A stretch of DNA of 64,000 nt from a virus, in IMG/VR virus record IMGVR_UViG_3300032893_000009, positions 32,001 through 96,000 of that record; one strand, written 5' to 3'. Of this stretch, positions 10,254 through 20,400 are shown one piece after another. A model generated the notes under the pieces. The model did not search any database and was not told where the DNA came from. It worked only from the letters and a program-made list of their open reading frames with translations. Made by a program: the position numbers and the translations under genes. Each line of letters starts with the position of its first letter. Position 1 is the stretch's first letter.

Positions 10254-11216
10254 ATGATTCTGATGGACATCTTATTGCAGGCGGGAATCAGGTATCGACA
10301 GGCCAAGAACAATCCCGATGAGGTGATGATATGCTGCCCGTTCTGCGGCGACGACGAGTTCAAATTCGGGCTGAATCTGGACAACGGCAAGGCGCATTGC
10401 TTCCATGGCCGCTGTGACTGGAGATCGAGCAGCGTGGTGTACACCGCCCGCGAGCTGTGCAAGGCGTGGGGCATCGACTTCAACTGGCGACTGCGTTTGA
10501 GTGCCGCCGAGGCCGATGACAGGGAGCCTGAAAGTATAGCGTTTTCCGAGGTCGTCCCGGCTGGCCTGCCTCCCGAATTCGAGCACTTTACTCACGAGGT
10601 TGATCTGGTGGGCGACGCCGCCTTTGCCTACCTGCGCAGCCGTGGTGTCACATGGGCCGAGGTGCAGGAGTACGACATTGGCTTCGCGGCGGTAGGCAAG
10701 TTCGCATGGCGCGTACTGTTTCCGGTGATCGGTGACGACGCCGTGATCTACGGCTGCGTGGGCCGCGCCTTTGCGGGAACGGTGTCTCCGAAGTACCTCA
10801 ACACCGAAGGCATCAAGATTCTCTGGAACGGACAGCGGGTTGCCAAGCAGGCGGTGGTCTGCGAGGGTGTGCTGGACGCAATAAGGGTGAACCGGGTGCT
10901 GCACAGGTGGTTCCCCGACTCCGTGGCTGTGGCTAATCTGGGCAGCGCCATCACTCCCCAGCAGATTGCGCAGCTGGCCAAGTTCGAGAGCATGACTCAG
11001 TTTCCCGACTTCGACGCGCCCGGGGTGAAGGGGGCCATTCAGCGGGCGGAGGCCTGTACTGCAGCCGGACTGGCTACCAGCATCATCGAGCCAACCGAGA
11101 TGGACGGCACCGACCCCGGCGATATGACCGACGAGATGATCGCAGCCTGCCTGCGTTCGGCGCGTCCATGGACCAAGATGCAGAAGTACAGGATGCGGCT
11201 GGCCGCATTGAGATGA
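10254..11216 (+). CDS. DNA primase (Zn finger + TOPRIM)
   Basis: CPFC...HCFHGRC, YLRSRG, PKYLN, CEGVLDA, DFDAPG. Confidence 0.9.
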   Translation: MILMDILLQAGIRYRQAKNNPDEVMICCPFCGDDEFKFGLNLDNGKAHCFHGRCDWRSSSVVYTARELCKAWGIDFNWRLRLSAAEADDREPESIAFSEVVPAGLPPEFEHFTHEVDLVGDAAFAYLRSRGVTWAEVQEYDIGFAAVGKFAWRVLFPVIGDDAVIYGCVGRAFAGTVSPKYLNTEGIKILWNGQRVAKQAVVCEGVLDAIRVNRVLHRWFPDSVAVANLGSAITPQQIAQLAKFESMTQFPDFDAPGVKGAIQRAEACTAAGLATSIIEPTEMDGTDPGDMTDEMIAACLRSARPWTKMQKYRMRLAALR

Positions 11217-11223
11217 GGAGCAT

Positions 11224-12207
11224 ATGCAGATCATTGTTATCGACGCACGTAATATGTGTTACAAGTTCGGCTACGTGGGCAAGGACCTCACTTCCTCCAC
11301 TGGCGAGCGCACGGGGGCCATTCACGGCGTATTGATGGGCATGAGCGCTCTGAAGCGTCACTACCCGGACGCCAAGTTCGTGGTGGTCTGGGACGGTATG
11401 GACACCAACCATACGTGGCGGGTGGGCGTGTTCCCCGAATATAAGGCGGCGCGACGCGAGCCACCTTCTCCAGAGCAGGCCCAGCTGCGGGCGTCGGTGT
11501 TGAAGCAGATTGTCCTGATTCAGCAGATGCTGCAGGCGGTGGGAGTGGTGCAGATCGAGGTGCCCCGTCTGGAGGCCGACGACGTGATCGGCATCCTGAG
11601 CGAGAAGCTGACCGCGCGGGGCTGGCCGGTGACCGTGTACTCCTCGGATCAGGACTACCTTCAGCTGATTCCCTTCGGGGTCATGGTCATTACCTCAGCC
11701 TCTGCTATGCCGGTCAGCGCACAGGCGGTGCAGTACAAGTGGAAGTGCCAGCCGGAGGATTTGCTGAAACTCCGTGCGCTGCTGGGAGATACCTCGGACG
11801 GCATCCCCCGGGCGGTTTCCGGGGTGGGTCCGGTGGCTGCCGCCAAGTACATCGCTTTGGGTGTGGACCCCTCGGTGCCCAATTTCGACGGGCTGCCACG
11901 GACAGTGCGCGAGCAGGCGGAAAGACTGCGGCCCTCATGGCCCAAGATTCACCAGAACTGGCGGCTGATGAAGATTCTGCGCAGCTGCCACGACCCGGAC
12001 TTCCCCAAGGAGCTGGCCGGGCCGGTTACCGTGGAGACGCGCCGGGTGCTCAGGGAGCTGGCCGGGCCAGTGGACCGGGATACCGCGCTTTACGAGCGGA
12101 TGCTGAGCCAGATGGCGGCCCTCGATCTGCATCAGGCCATCGCCAACCGGCGGGAAATCTGGAACCTGCAGACGACCTCTTTGGAAAAGGAGGGGCGTGT
12201 GGTATGA
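11224..12207 (+). CDS. 5'-3' exonuclease / flap endonuclease (RNase H-like)
   Basis: IDARN, YKAAR, EADDVIG, SSDQDYLQL, GDTSDGIP, GVGPVAA. Confidence 0.92.
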   Translation: MQIIVIDARNMCYKFGYVGKDLTSSTGERTGAIHGVLMGMSALKRHYPDAKFVVVWDGMDTNHTWRVGVFPEYKAARREPPSPEQAQLRASVLKQIVLIQQMLQAVGVVQIEVPRLEADDVIGILSEKLTARGWPVTVYSSDQDYLQLIPFGVMVITSASAMPVSAQAVQYKWKCQPEDLLKLRALLGDTSDGIPRAVSGVGPVAAAKYIALGVDPSVPNFDGLPRTVREQAERLRPSWPKIHQNWRLMKILRSCHDPDFPKELAGPVTVETRRVLRELAGPVDRDTALYERMLSQMAALDLHQAIANRREIWNLQTTSLEKEGRVV

Positions 12208-12671
12208 AGCCTTGGGGTTCTGTATCAGCGGCAGAGCGTTTCTGGAGTCATGTAGACCGTAGCGCTGGTCCTACTGGGTGCTGGCCTTGGACGGGCCGCC
12301 GAATACCTCCTAGGGGGTATGGCCACGTTTGGTTTGGGGGCAGACACAGGGTGGCTACGCATGTGGCCTGCGAACTGGCTGGGAGGAAACTGCCTGCCGG
12401 TTTGTTTTGGCTGCACACCTGTGATAATCCACCCTGCTGCAACCCAGACCATCTGTATGCAGGTACCAAAAAGAATAATGCCGATGACTGCGGACGCAGG
12501 GGGCGTCGGGCTGTTGGTGAGAGGCACCCCATGCACAAACTGACGGTGGTGGATGTCAGGGGTATAAGATTATTGCGCCAAGCCGGAATGACGCAGAAGG
12601 ACATCGCTGCACAGTTTGGGGTGACTCAATCGACTATCAGTTTGATAGTGCTCGGTAAGCACTGGAAGTAG
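12204..12671 (+). CDS. HNH endonuclease with C-terminal HTH
   Basis: CWPWTG...GYG...HTCDNPPCCNPDHLYAGT...N. Confidence 0.9.
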   Translation: MKPWGSVSAAERFWSHVDRSAGPTGCWPWTGRRIPPRGYGHVWFGGRHRVATHVACELAGRKLPAGLFWLHTCDNPPCCNPDHLYAGTKKNNADDCGRRGRRAVGERHPMHKLTVVDVRGIRLLRQAGMTQKDIAAQFGVTQSTISLIVLGKHWK

Positions 12672-12717
12672 GCGGTGTGCAGGTCGTGGACGCAGCCAAA
12701 CCATTGAAACTGAACTG

Positions 12718-12755
12718 AATAAAGACGTTGCACATTTCTCCAAACGTGCTATACT
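12718..12755 (+). promoter_or_regulatory. Sigma70-type promoter
   Basis: TTGCAC-N16-TATACT with extended TG; upstream AATAAAGACG. Confidence 0.7.
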
Positions 12756-12777
12756 AATGATGTTTGGAGGACGCACC

Positions 12778-13059
12778 ATGGCAATGAGTAAACAGGACTT
12801 TATCGCGCTGGTGGATGCAGTTTGCACGGTTAAACGGCGTCAGGGATTGTGTGGGTCAACGGCCCTTATCAACACTTCTGGGGCTGTGGCTGTAGATGAG
12901 CTGGCTCTGGAACTGGCGCGAGTCTGCGCAGCTCAGAATCCAGCTTTCAACCGCGAGCGTTGGTTTGGGTACATCAATGACCAGTGCGGGCCGAGTGGCG
13001 GAGTGGTTGGTGGTGCGGTGCGCAACAAGCTGTTCAACGAAAGGGAAGGCACCTGCTAA
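12778..13059 (+). CDS. Hypothetical phage protein
   Basis: GGAGG RBS downstream of the promoter. Confidence 0.65.
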   Translation: MAMSKQDFIALVDAVCTVKRRQGLCGSTALINTSGAVAVDELALELARVCAAQNPAFNRERWFGYINDQCGPSGGVVGGAVRNKLFNEREGTC

Positions 13060-13075
13060 CGGTGAGGGGGATGAT

Positions 13076-13900
13076 ATGGGACGCAAAATTGTATTTCTCG
13101 ACTTCGACGGGCCGATCATCCCCTCTTTGTCTTGGCGGCGGACGCCCGGCTTCGGCAGCTACGATGACTACGATGAAGTAACGGCTGGCTACATGATTGA
13201 TGATGGGCGCGTGACGTGGCATGAGCCTACGGCGTGGCCTCCCTGTATCAAGGAGCTTAACCGCATCACTGACAAGACCGGCGCGAAGATCGTGGTCAGC
13301 TCGGCATGGCGGGCAGCTGGCTATGAGGCTGTCAGGGATGATCTGAAGCGGTGGGGTGCTACGGCTGAGGTCATTGACATCACGCCCTGCGGGTTTGTTC
13401 ACTCTCGGACTTATGGAAAGGATGCCCCTCTGCGTGGCGAGGAGATTCAGCAGTGGCTGGATGCCAACCCGGATGTCAAGTCGTTCGTGATTTTTGACGA
13501 CGACAACGACATGGCGCATCTGCGTCCGTATCTGGTGCTCACGCCGATGAGCACGGGCATCACGCGCGAACTGGCTGATCGGGCAATCCGCATTCTGGAG
13601 AGAGAGAGAGAGTTCCTAGTGGAGAGCCGCGATTACGTGCCCGGTGACCGGGTGGTGGTGGACCCCAAGGGTCTGGACCTCCCGGGCACCGTTAAGCGGC
13701 TGCGGATAGTAGATCGGGTGAGTCCGATCTACACCGTGGTGCTGGACGATCTGAAGGCCACTCCGACCGGCCTTTACTACGCCCGTGGCTTCGAGCTGGG
13801 GGCGGATAACAGTGGTAAAGAGGCACCTAAAATCGTGATTGACACACCGGGAGAGTGGTGTTCTACTAGGTGCCTCGATCCGTTTGAATACGTGGGGTAA
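13076..13900 (+). CDS. HAD-family (Swiss-Army-knife RNA-repair type) phosphatase with extra C-terminal domain
   Basis: VFLDFDG, VVSSAWR, RGEEIQQWL, FVIFDDD. Confidence 0.8.
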   Translation: MGRKIVFLDFDGPIIPSLSWRRTPGFGSYDDYDEVTAGYMIDDGRVTWHEPTAWPPCIKELNRITDKTGAKIVVSSAWRAAGYEAVRDDLKRWGATAEVIDITPCGFVHSRTYGKDAPLRGEEIQQWLDANPDVKSFVIFDDDNDMAHLRPYLVLTPMSTGITRELADRAIRILEREREFLVESRDYVPGDRVVVDPKGLDLPGTVKRLRIVDRVSPIYTVVLDDLKATPTGLYYARGFELGADNSGKEAPKIVIDTPGEWCSTRCLDPFEYVG

Positions 13901-13904
13901 GTTT

Positions 13905-15449
13905 ATGCGTGTCTCGCCCTTGGTGGACAGTTGCGACCGTCTCATCTTCAAGAAAGCTGCCAAAACCTACAACCGGCTATCCCCCGAAAATCAGCGCTGG
14001 ATCGACTTCGAAGACGTCATACAGGACGGCTTTATTGAGGCATGGCAGGCCGAGCAGCGCTATCGGCAGGACTTCGGAACCAAATACTCCACCTATCTCT
14101 ATCGCGGCCTTGATCTGCTGTTTCATGGACGCTACCACGCCCCTTTGCAGCAGCAGAAGCGTGTGGCTCGTCTCAAAGAACTGGATGCGCCGGTCCCGGG
14201 CAGCGAGGACACGTTTCCCGATCTGGTAAGTCAGGAGCCGACGCCGGAGGAAATCTTTTCCGCTGTCTCCGGGGTGCTGCAGGTCTGCCATGCGCTTCCA
14301 CCCGATGCGGTGAGTTTTCTGCTGCAGGTTGTCACCACCGAGACGGGGCAGATTACAAGACGTGGCTCGAATTCTATAGTATTGATACCGGAGGCCTGCC
14401 AGCGGTACGACGTGCGCCGGGAGGACTTGGCGCTGATTATGGTCAGCGCCTACGCCAAGTCAATGCTGGTGGAGGGTGTGGTGGCTGCTGCCGGACATCT
14501 GGGAGAGGACGATGCCAAAGTTCTGGAGTGCATCAATTGCCGGGCGTCCTTCTCTCTTAACGATGCCCGCAAGGGGCGCTACTCGGCTACCAGTCTGACC
14601 TGTCTTACGTGTCTGCGTGAGCTGCACGCAAGCGGGCCGGAACTGACTTGCTTCGGACGCCGTAAGGTGGTAAAAGGAAAGACGGTCGTGGAGGGATACT
14701 CCGAGGCCGATACCGAATGCCGTATGCACTGCCGCGACCGGGTGGCGTGCAGGCAGTTCATCGAGAAAGGGGAGAAGCGTATGACGACGGGAAATGTGGA
14801 GAATATTGAACTGGAGACTGAGGGCATCGACTTTACGGACATCGAGACTGGTGACATCGAGGTGCCAGCATCGCCGGAAGCGGCCCCCGCAACTAAGCCG
14901 AGGAAGGCGGCTGCCAAGCGTGCTGCGAAGCCTGCGAAGGTCGTAGAACCCGAGCCGGTCGCAGCCGAGCCCGAGGCACCTGTCAAGAAGGCTGTGAAGG
15001 CGGCACCCAAGAAGGCTGTGAAGGCGGCACCCAAGAAGGCTGCGAAGAAGGCAGCACCCAAGAAGGCTGCGAAGAAGCCCGTGCAGCGGTCCAAGAAGTC
15101 CACTGCCAAGATCGATCCCAAGGAAGCCAAGAAGCAGGGTCTGATCAAGCTGGACGAGCAGGGCCGTGACCTGCCCTTCAAGCCGGGTAGCGTGATGCGC
15201 TACTACCTCACGGAGGCGATGGAGCCGGGTGGCACAACCGAGGCGGCGCTGGAGAAGTTTGCCAGCAAGAACGGTTACAACCACAAGTTCCAGATGGCCG
15301 TGCTGCTTAGTGGCAAGTCGGGTGACAGCGGACGCCGTCCCTATCCGAGCACGCACACGTGGAAGGTGGAGCGGGACGAGAAGACCGGCAAGATTCAGGT
15401 CTACAACGTGCGCCGGATCGCCTTCTATGCCCGCATGGACCGGGTGTAG
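13905..15449 (+). CDS. Sigma-factor region 2-like protein fused to Cys-rich domain and histone H1-like tail
   Basis: FEDVIQDGFIEAWQAEQRYRQDFGTKYSTYL resembles sigma70 r2; CxxC pairs; KKAAPKKA repeats. Confidence 0.65.
   Translation: MRVSPLVDSCDRLIFKKAAKTYNRLSPENQRWIDFEDVIQDGFIEAWQAEQRYRQDFGTKYSTYLYRGLDLLFHGRYHAPLQQQKRVARLKELDAPVPGSEDTFPDLVSQEPTPEEIFSAVSGVLQVCHALPPDAVSFLLQVVTTETGQITRRGSNSIVLIPEACQRYDVRREDLALIMVSAYAKSMLVEGVVAAAGHLGEDDAKVLECINCRASFSLNDARKGRYSATSLTCLTCLRELHASGPELTCFGRRKVVKGKTVVEGYSEADTECRMHCRDRVACRQFIEKGEKRMTTGNVENIELETEGIDFTDIETGDIEVPASPEAAPATKPRKAAAKRAAKPAKVVEPEPVAAEPEAPVKKAVKAAPKKAVKAAPKKAAKKAAPKKAAKKPVQRSKKSTAKIDPKEAKKQGLIKLDEQGRDLPFKPGSVMRYYLTEAMEPGGTTEAALEKFASKNGYNHKFQMAVLLSGKSGDSGRRPYPSTHTWKVERDEKTGKIQVYNVRRIAFYARMDRV
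14985..15077 (+). repeat. Tandem 24-27 bp repeats encoding KKAVKAAP/KKAAKKAAP
   Basis: AAGAAGGCTGTGAAGGCGGCACCC twice plus variants. Confidence 0.85.
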
Positions 15450-15468
15450 GCCTGCCAACATTAAGCCA

Positions 15469-15500
15469 AGCCGCCGTCACTTCGACGGCGGTTTTCTTTT
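15469..15500 (+). terminator. Intrinsic terminator
   Basis: GCCGCCGTC-ACTTC-GACGGCGGT followed by TTTCTTTT. Confidence 0.8.
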
Positions 15501-15512
15501 ATAGAGTGAAGT

Positions 15513-16256
15513 ATGCCGGGATACATGGGCGGGAAGTTTCGCATCCGCTACCAGATTGCGGAGTACATCAACAGCCTGTCGCCACGGGTGTACATGGAGC
15601 CGTTCTGCGGCTTCTGCTGGGTGGGGGAACGGGTGCGCTGCCCGGTGCGCCATTTCTCCGACATCAACGCGGACGTGATCCTGATGTGGCAGGAACTGCA
15701 GAGGGGATGGAAGCCGCCGACGCAGATGACTGCCGAGGAGTTTGGTGCTCTGAAGCGCCAGCCCGGTCCATCGGCTCTGCGTGGCTTCGCGGGCACGTGC
15801 TGTGCTTACGGTGGCGAACTGCTGCGTGGCGGTTTCGCGCGGGACAAGCAAGGTGTCAACTATGCTGCGCAGGGTGCCCGGCAGCTGGGACGCCGCATAC
15901 TGGGCCTGCGGGGAGCGACCTTCGCCTGCATGGATTATCGTGCTGCGCTGGACAGCACCGACGCGGATGTGGTGTATCTCGACCCGCCATATGCAGGCAC
16001 TCGTGATTACGGCCAGTTCGATTCGGTGCAGTTCTGGACGGAGGTGCGCAGGCGTTCCGGTGGTAGGCGGCGCATTTTGGTTTCCGAGTACGAGGCCCCG
16101 GAGGACTTCACCGTGGTGCTGGCCACGCGCTCTCGCATGGGCTTGAGGGTGGGCAGCAGAAATGCGCTGGAGCACGAGCTGCGCGAGGAAAAGCTGTTCG
16201 AGTTCAATCCACCCGATAATAACCGGGTGGTATTCTCCTCCTTCGACGCGGGGTAG
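15513..16256 (+). CDS. DNA adenine methyltransferase (Dam/D12 class)
   Basis: YMGGK, EPFCG, SDIN, VVYLDPPY. Confidence 0.9.
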   Translation: MPGYMGGKFRIRYQIAEYINSLSPRVYMEPFCGFCWVGERVRCPVRHFSDINADVILMWQELQRGWKPPTQMTAEEFGALKRQPGPSALRGFAGTCCAYGGELLRGGFARDKQGVNYAAQGARQLGRRILGLRGATFACMDYRAALDSTDADVVYLDPPYAGTRDYGQFDSVQFWTEVRRRSGGRRRILVSEYEAPEDFTVVLATRSRMGLRVGSRNALEHELREEKLFEFNPPDNNRVVFSSFDAG

Positions 16257-16274
16257 TTTTTATACTATGAAGGT

Positions 16275-17345
16275 ATGGCTACCCAACAGGTGAAAATGCC
16301 CGCCAAGAGTTTCCGTGCCTTGATAGGTGCTGTATTGAAGTTCCCGCCCTCTGCCACGGTGGCAGCATCTCAGGTAATTCATTTCGGTGTGAGCCGGGGG
16401 CGCGCTCGTGCCTCCATTGCCGGTACGATAGTGTCCACGGCCTCTGTGGTGTGTGGAAGTGCCCTAGACGACTTCAGCTCCGATTACCGGCCACTGGAGA
16501 GCTTTGCGGAGCTGCTGCCGGACGACGCCACCTTGGATATTGAGTCCTCTTCCAAGGAGAGTCACGTACTGTTCAAGTGCGGCGGTCTGGACCTCAAGCT
16601 ACCCTTAACCAAGGGGGCAGTGCTGCCCAGACCGAAGGTGCCGGAGCCTTTCTTCACGGCAACGGAGGAGACAGCTAAACTTCTGCGCTGGCTGGCGTCG
16701 GTAGCGGAGAGCGATGAAACCAAGCCTGACATGCACTGTGTGTACCTGCGCCACGGGGCGGCGATTGCCGGGGATCAGCAGTGCATCGTGATCATCAATC
16801 ACAAGGACCTTCCCGACGTGGATTCACCACTGCCGTTGTGCGTGTGTGCGCAGTTGAAGCCCGGGGACAAGCTGGCCAATGCTGAGAACGGTCTTCTGGT
16901 GGTGAGCGGGTGCGGCGTGGCACAGGTTCCCCATTTGACGCAGACACTTCATTTTCCGCTGGGCGTGGTGGACCGGCTGGAGGCCGCGAAGATGTCGAGC
17001 TATGGGCGCTGCGACGTGGCCGCGTTGCGCACCGTGTTCAAGGAATCGTCGGACTGCGTGGCCCGCATCCCCAACGTCCCGGCCTGCATCACCCTGACCT
17101 TCACCGACAGCGGTATTCACGTGCTGGCGAAGAGTGACACGGCCTCGTTCCACACCAGTTTGTCCGGCAAGGTTGATCTGGCTGGCAAGATGCTGCTGGA
17201 GCTTTCCAAGGCCGAGGAGGCGTTGGCCGGATTCGACGGCGGCGAGATCGTCTGCAGTCAGTTGCTGCCCAAAGGTGAGGGCTTGCTGGCAGGAGGCGTA
17301 GTACGGGCGTTCTTCTCTCCGGTGCATCTGACTGGGGCGAAGTGA
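16275..17345 (+). CDS. Putative divergent beta sliding clamp
   Basis: 356 aa (DnaN-like size); MHCVYL...AIAGDQQCI resembles LxGVxx...ATDGHRL; adjacent to the polymerase; clamp loader in the same module. Confidence 0.45.
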   Translation: MATQQVKMPAKSFRALIGAVLKFPPSATVAASQVIHFGVSRGRARASIAGTIVSTASVVCGSALDDFSSDYRPLESFAELLPDDATLDIESSSKESHVLFKCGGLDLKLPLTKGAVLPRPKVPEPFFTATEETAKLLRWLASVAESDETKPDMHCVYLRHGAAIAGDQQCIVIINHKDLPDVDSPLPLCVCAQLKPGDKLANAENGLLVVSGCGVAQVPHLTQTLHFPLGVVDRLEAAKMSSYGRCDVAALRTVFKESSDCVARIPNVPACITLTFTDSGIHVLAKSDTASFHTSLSGKVDLAGKMLLELSKAEEALAGFDGGEIVCSQLLPKGEGLLAGGVVRAFFSPVHLTGAK

Positions 17346-17347
17346 GC

Positions 17348-17437
17348 TTACTTCGGACGCGGCTTCGGCTGGGGCTTGGGTGTCTTGACCGAAGCCTGCA
17401 TCTGCTTGATAACCCGACGCTGATCCCAGAAGCTCAT
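17348..17437 (-). CDS. Putative 29-aa basic antisense peptide
   Basis: MSFWDQRRVIKQMQASVKTPKPQPKPRPK; preceded on the minus strand by TTGACA-N18-TAACGT. Confidence 0.45.
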   Translation of the reverse strand: MSFWDQRRVIKQMQASVKTPKPQPKPRPK

Positions 17438-17493
17438 ACTGACGGGGACGTTACCATGGAATCTTCCGACATGTCAAATGAAGATGGTGTTAC

Positions 17494-20400
17494 ATGCCCT
17501 TTGCCGAGCTGACACAGGTGCGCAGAACCAAGCGGATTCGCAAGGACGCTCCGCGTGGTTGTGAAGCGTGCCCGCTGAACAAAATCGAAGGCATTAACAA
17601 GATCATGGGCACCATCAGGGGCAAGCGCATTCTGGTGGTGGGCCAGAGCCCCGGCATGACCGAGAACCGCGCGGGCCACGAGTTCGTCGGCGACTCCGGT
17701 GAATTCCTGTGGGTGGAGATGGACGCGGTGGGCCTGCATCGCGAGGACTGCGACATCTTCAACGTGGTGCGCTGTGTCCCTGCCGACCTGATCGAGGGCA
17801 CCTACTTCAGCAGGCTGAAGATGCGCAGCCCCACCCCGGAGGAGATTCACTGCTGCTCCGTTCACACCGAGAACACGCTGCCCAAGGTCAAGGCCAAGCA
17901 CATCCTGATTCTCGGCCAGATTGCGCAGAAGGCTTTTCTGGAGACGCGCTCGGTCCCGCAGCAGAAGATTTTCTGGAGCGAGAAGCACCAAGCAAAAATC
18001 TATCTTGCCGATCACCCCAGCTTCTTCATTCGCGGCTATGGTGCAGGGGCACGCATCGAGGCCTTCCGTTCCACTCTGAAGCAACTGGCCATCGACGCCA
18101 GCGATGGGGATTATGCGGAGAGAGCGGACGACAACTTCAGCTATCTGCGCGAGCAGCGATACCTGTTGATCTCCACAGCGAAGCGTGCGGCGTGGGCAGC
18201 TAATATCATTAAGGCTTACGCAGCCAAGGGCCGTCGCATCTCAGTCGATGTGGAGTACGACATTTTCGACGGCAACCGTTTCATTTTTGCCTGCGGCTTC
18301 TGCCCCCAGCCGGGACTGACTTTCGTTTTCGTGAATGACTTTCCTGCAGTACAGCAGGGTGATCAGGATCGGCGTGCCGTGCTCTTCCACCGTGACGCGC
18401 TGCTTAGTAATGCTGCTATCAAGAAGGTGTTCCATTACGGCTGCTCGGATATCAATGCGCTGGAGGAGGACGGGGTTACAGTGCAGGGCTATGACTGGGA
18501 CACCAACGTAAGCGAGTATCTGTACTACCCGGACGAACACAACAAGTACGGCTTGGCCAACATCGCCGAGCGCCGCTTCCAGCAGTTCTCCGGCTACAAG
18601 CACATCATCTTCGACGACCTGTTCAATGCTATGCCCGAGGACGTGAAGGTTCCCCCGGCAGTGCGTGGCGGCTCCTACGATTCCAAGGAGACGTGGCTCA
18701 AGGCGCACGGTGGATTTCATCTGAGCCGGTTGCGTGCCGACACTCTGCGCCTGTACAACGGTGCGGACTGCGACCTCACCAAGCGCATCGAGATAGACAA
18801 CAAGAAGAAGGTGCCGCATGCGCTGGTGAAGCTCTACATGGACCTGAATTTTCTGCTGCTCAGGATGGAGCAGAATGGCCCGTGGTTCGACGACTGGCAG
18901 CACAGGCAGGTGAGCCGGTTGTGGCCGTATCTGGAGCAGAAGGCGCTTGCTGAGCTGCGGGAGATGGTGGGCAGGCCGGACTTCAATCCCGGCAGCCCCG
19001 ATCAGGTTTACGACGTGATCTACAACCAGCTGGGGCTGATATATCCACTGCGCAAGGGCAAGCCAAACACACGCAAGCAGACTCTGATGATGCTCTCCCG
19101 CGAGAGCCCGGTGCCCAGTGCTGTGCTGGGGTGGCGTAGATTGAGCAAGGCCCTGTCCACCTACATAGACGGGCCGAAGGCCGTGGCCGAGCGCTTCGGT
19201 GGCCGGGTGAAAACCGTGTGGTGGTCTACCGGGACGACCTCCGGGCGGCTGTCTTCAAGCGGCGGTGATGAAGGTGGCATGAACCTGCAGAATCTGCACA
19301 AGAACAAGCAGCTGCAGAATCAGTACGTGGCTGACCGGCGCTGGCGGCAGGTGTTCAACGTCATTGCCAAGATCAAGCGCACTTACCACAAGGATCGCTG
19401 GGAGACGGAGATTGAGTGCTGGGTGCGCCAGCACATGCCCGATCTTAAGACCTTCCTGATCCTCGACTACGGCCAGATCGAGGTGCGTGTTGCAGCGCAG
19501 GTGTCAGGTGATAAGAACCTGATTCACGACTGCGCCGAGTCCGACATTCACACCCGCGTGGGCGTGACCATGACCGGGTGGGAAGCGGACAAGATCAAGC
19601 ACGATAACGCGACGCGCACGTTGACCAAGAACGTCCACTTCGGCATTTTGTTCGGCATTGAGAAGCACAACCTGTTCGACTTCATCAAGGCTATGAACCC
19701 GGATTTCGACGGCACCGAGGAGATGGTGTTCGAGGCCTATGACCGCTACTTCGCACGCTATCGCGGCGTGGCGCGGTACATTGAGCAGCAGCGGGCTCAG
19801 GCGCAGGGCTTGGGCTACTGCGAAACCATGTTCGGGCTGCACCGGGCGCTGAATGTCACCGACAAGTACGCCGACAACGATGAGGACGACGACCGCGAAT
19901 TCTTTGACAGCTCCGGCGAGCGGCAGACCTCATGGCGCAATCAGTGTATCAACTGTGTGGATATGGGGACGGAAGCTCTTACGCAGCGTGGCTGGGTGCG
20001 CGGAACCGATTTGCGCCCCGGGGATGTGCTATTAACTAAGAATGCCGTTAGCGGGGCGTTGGAATGGCAGGCCGCAACGGATATTAAGGTCTACCCGCGT
20101 CATAAGTCTAAATTGATGCAGTTCAAGTCTCGCACTTTTGACTCTGCCTCGACGCTGGATCATCGTTGGCTTGTGAATGAAAAGAAGGGGAGGGTAAAGC
20201 GTGCAGACGTCGAGTGCAGACTAACATCTGAGATCACGCAAGAGATGCGTATACACCGGACAGGGGCGTATGCTGCCCCGGCAGTTTCTCCTTACTCCGA
20301 TGATTTTGTGCGCTTGGCTGCTTGGTATTTGACCGACGGAAGTTGCTGTTCAGGAGAGGGGTATTCTAGATCGGCGTGTATGCTCTTTCAAAGTCGTGTG

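Noticed and set aside
17416-17440. Further GACG promoter copies (17416, also 249)
   Set aside because: Spacing to the -10-like hexamer is 15 and 9 nt rather than 14, so they were not counted.
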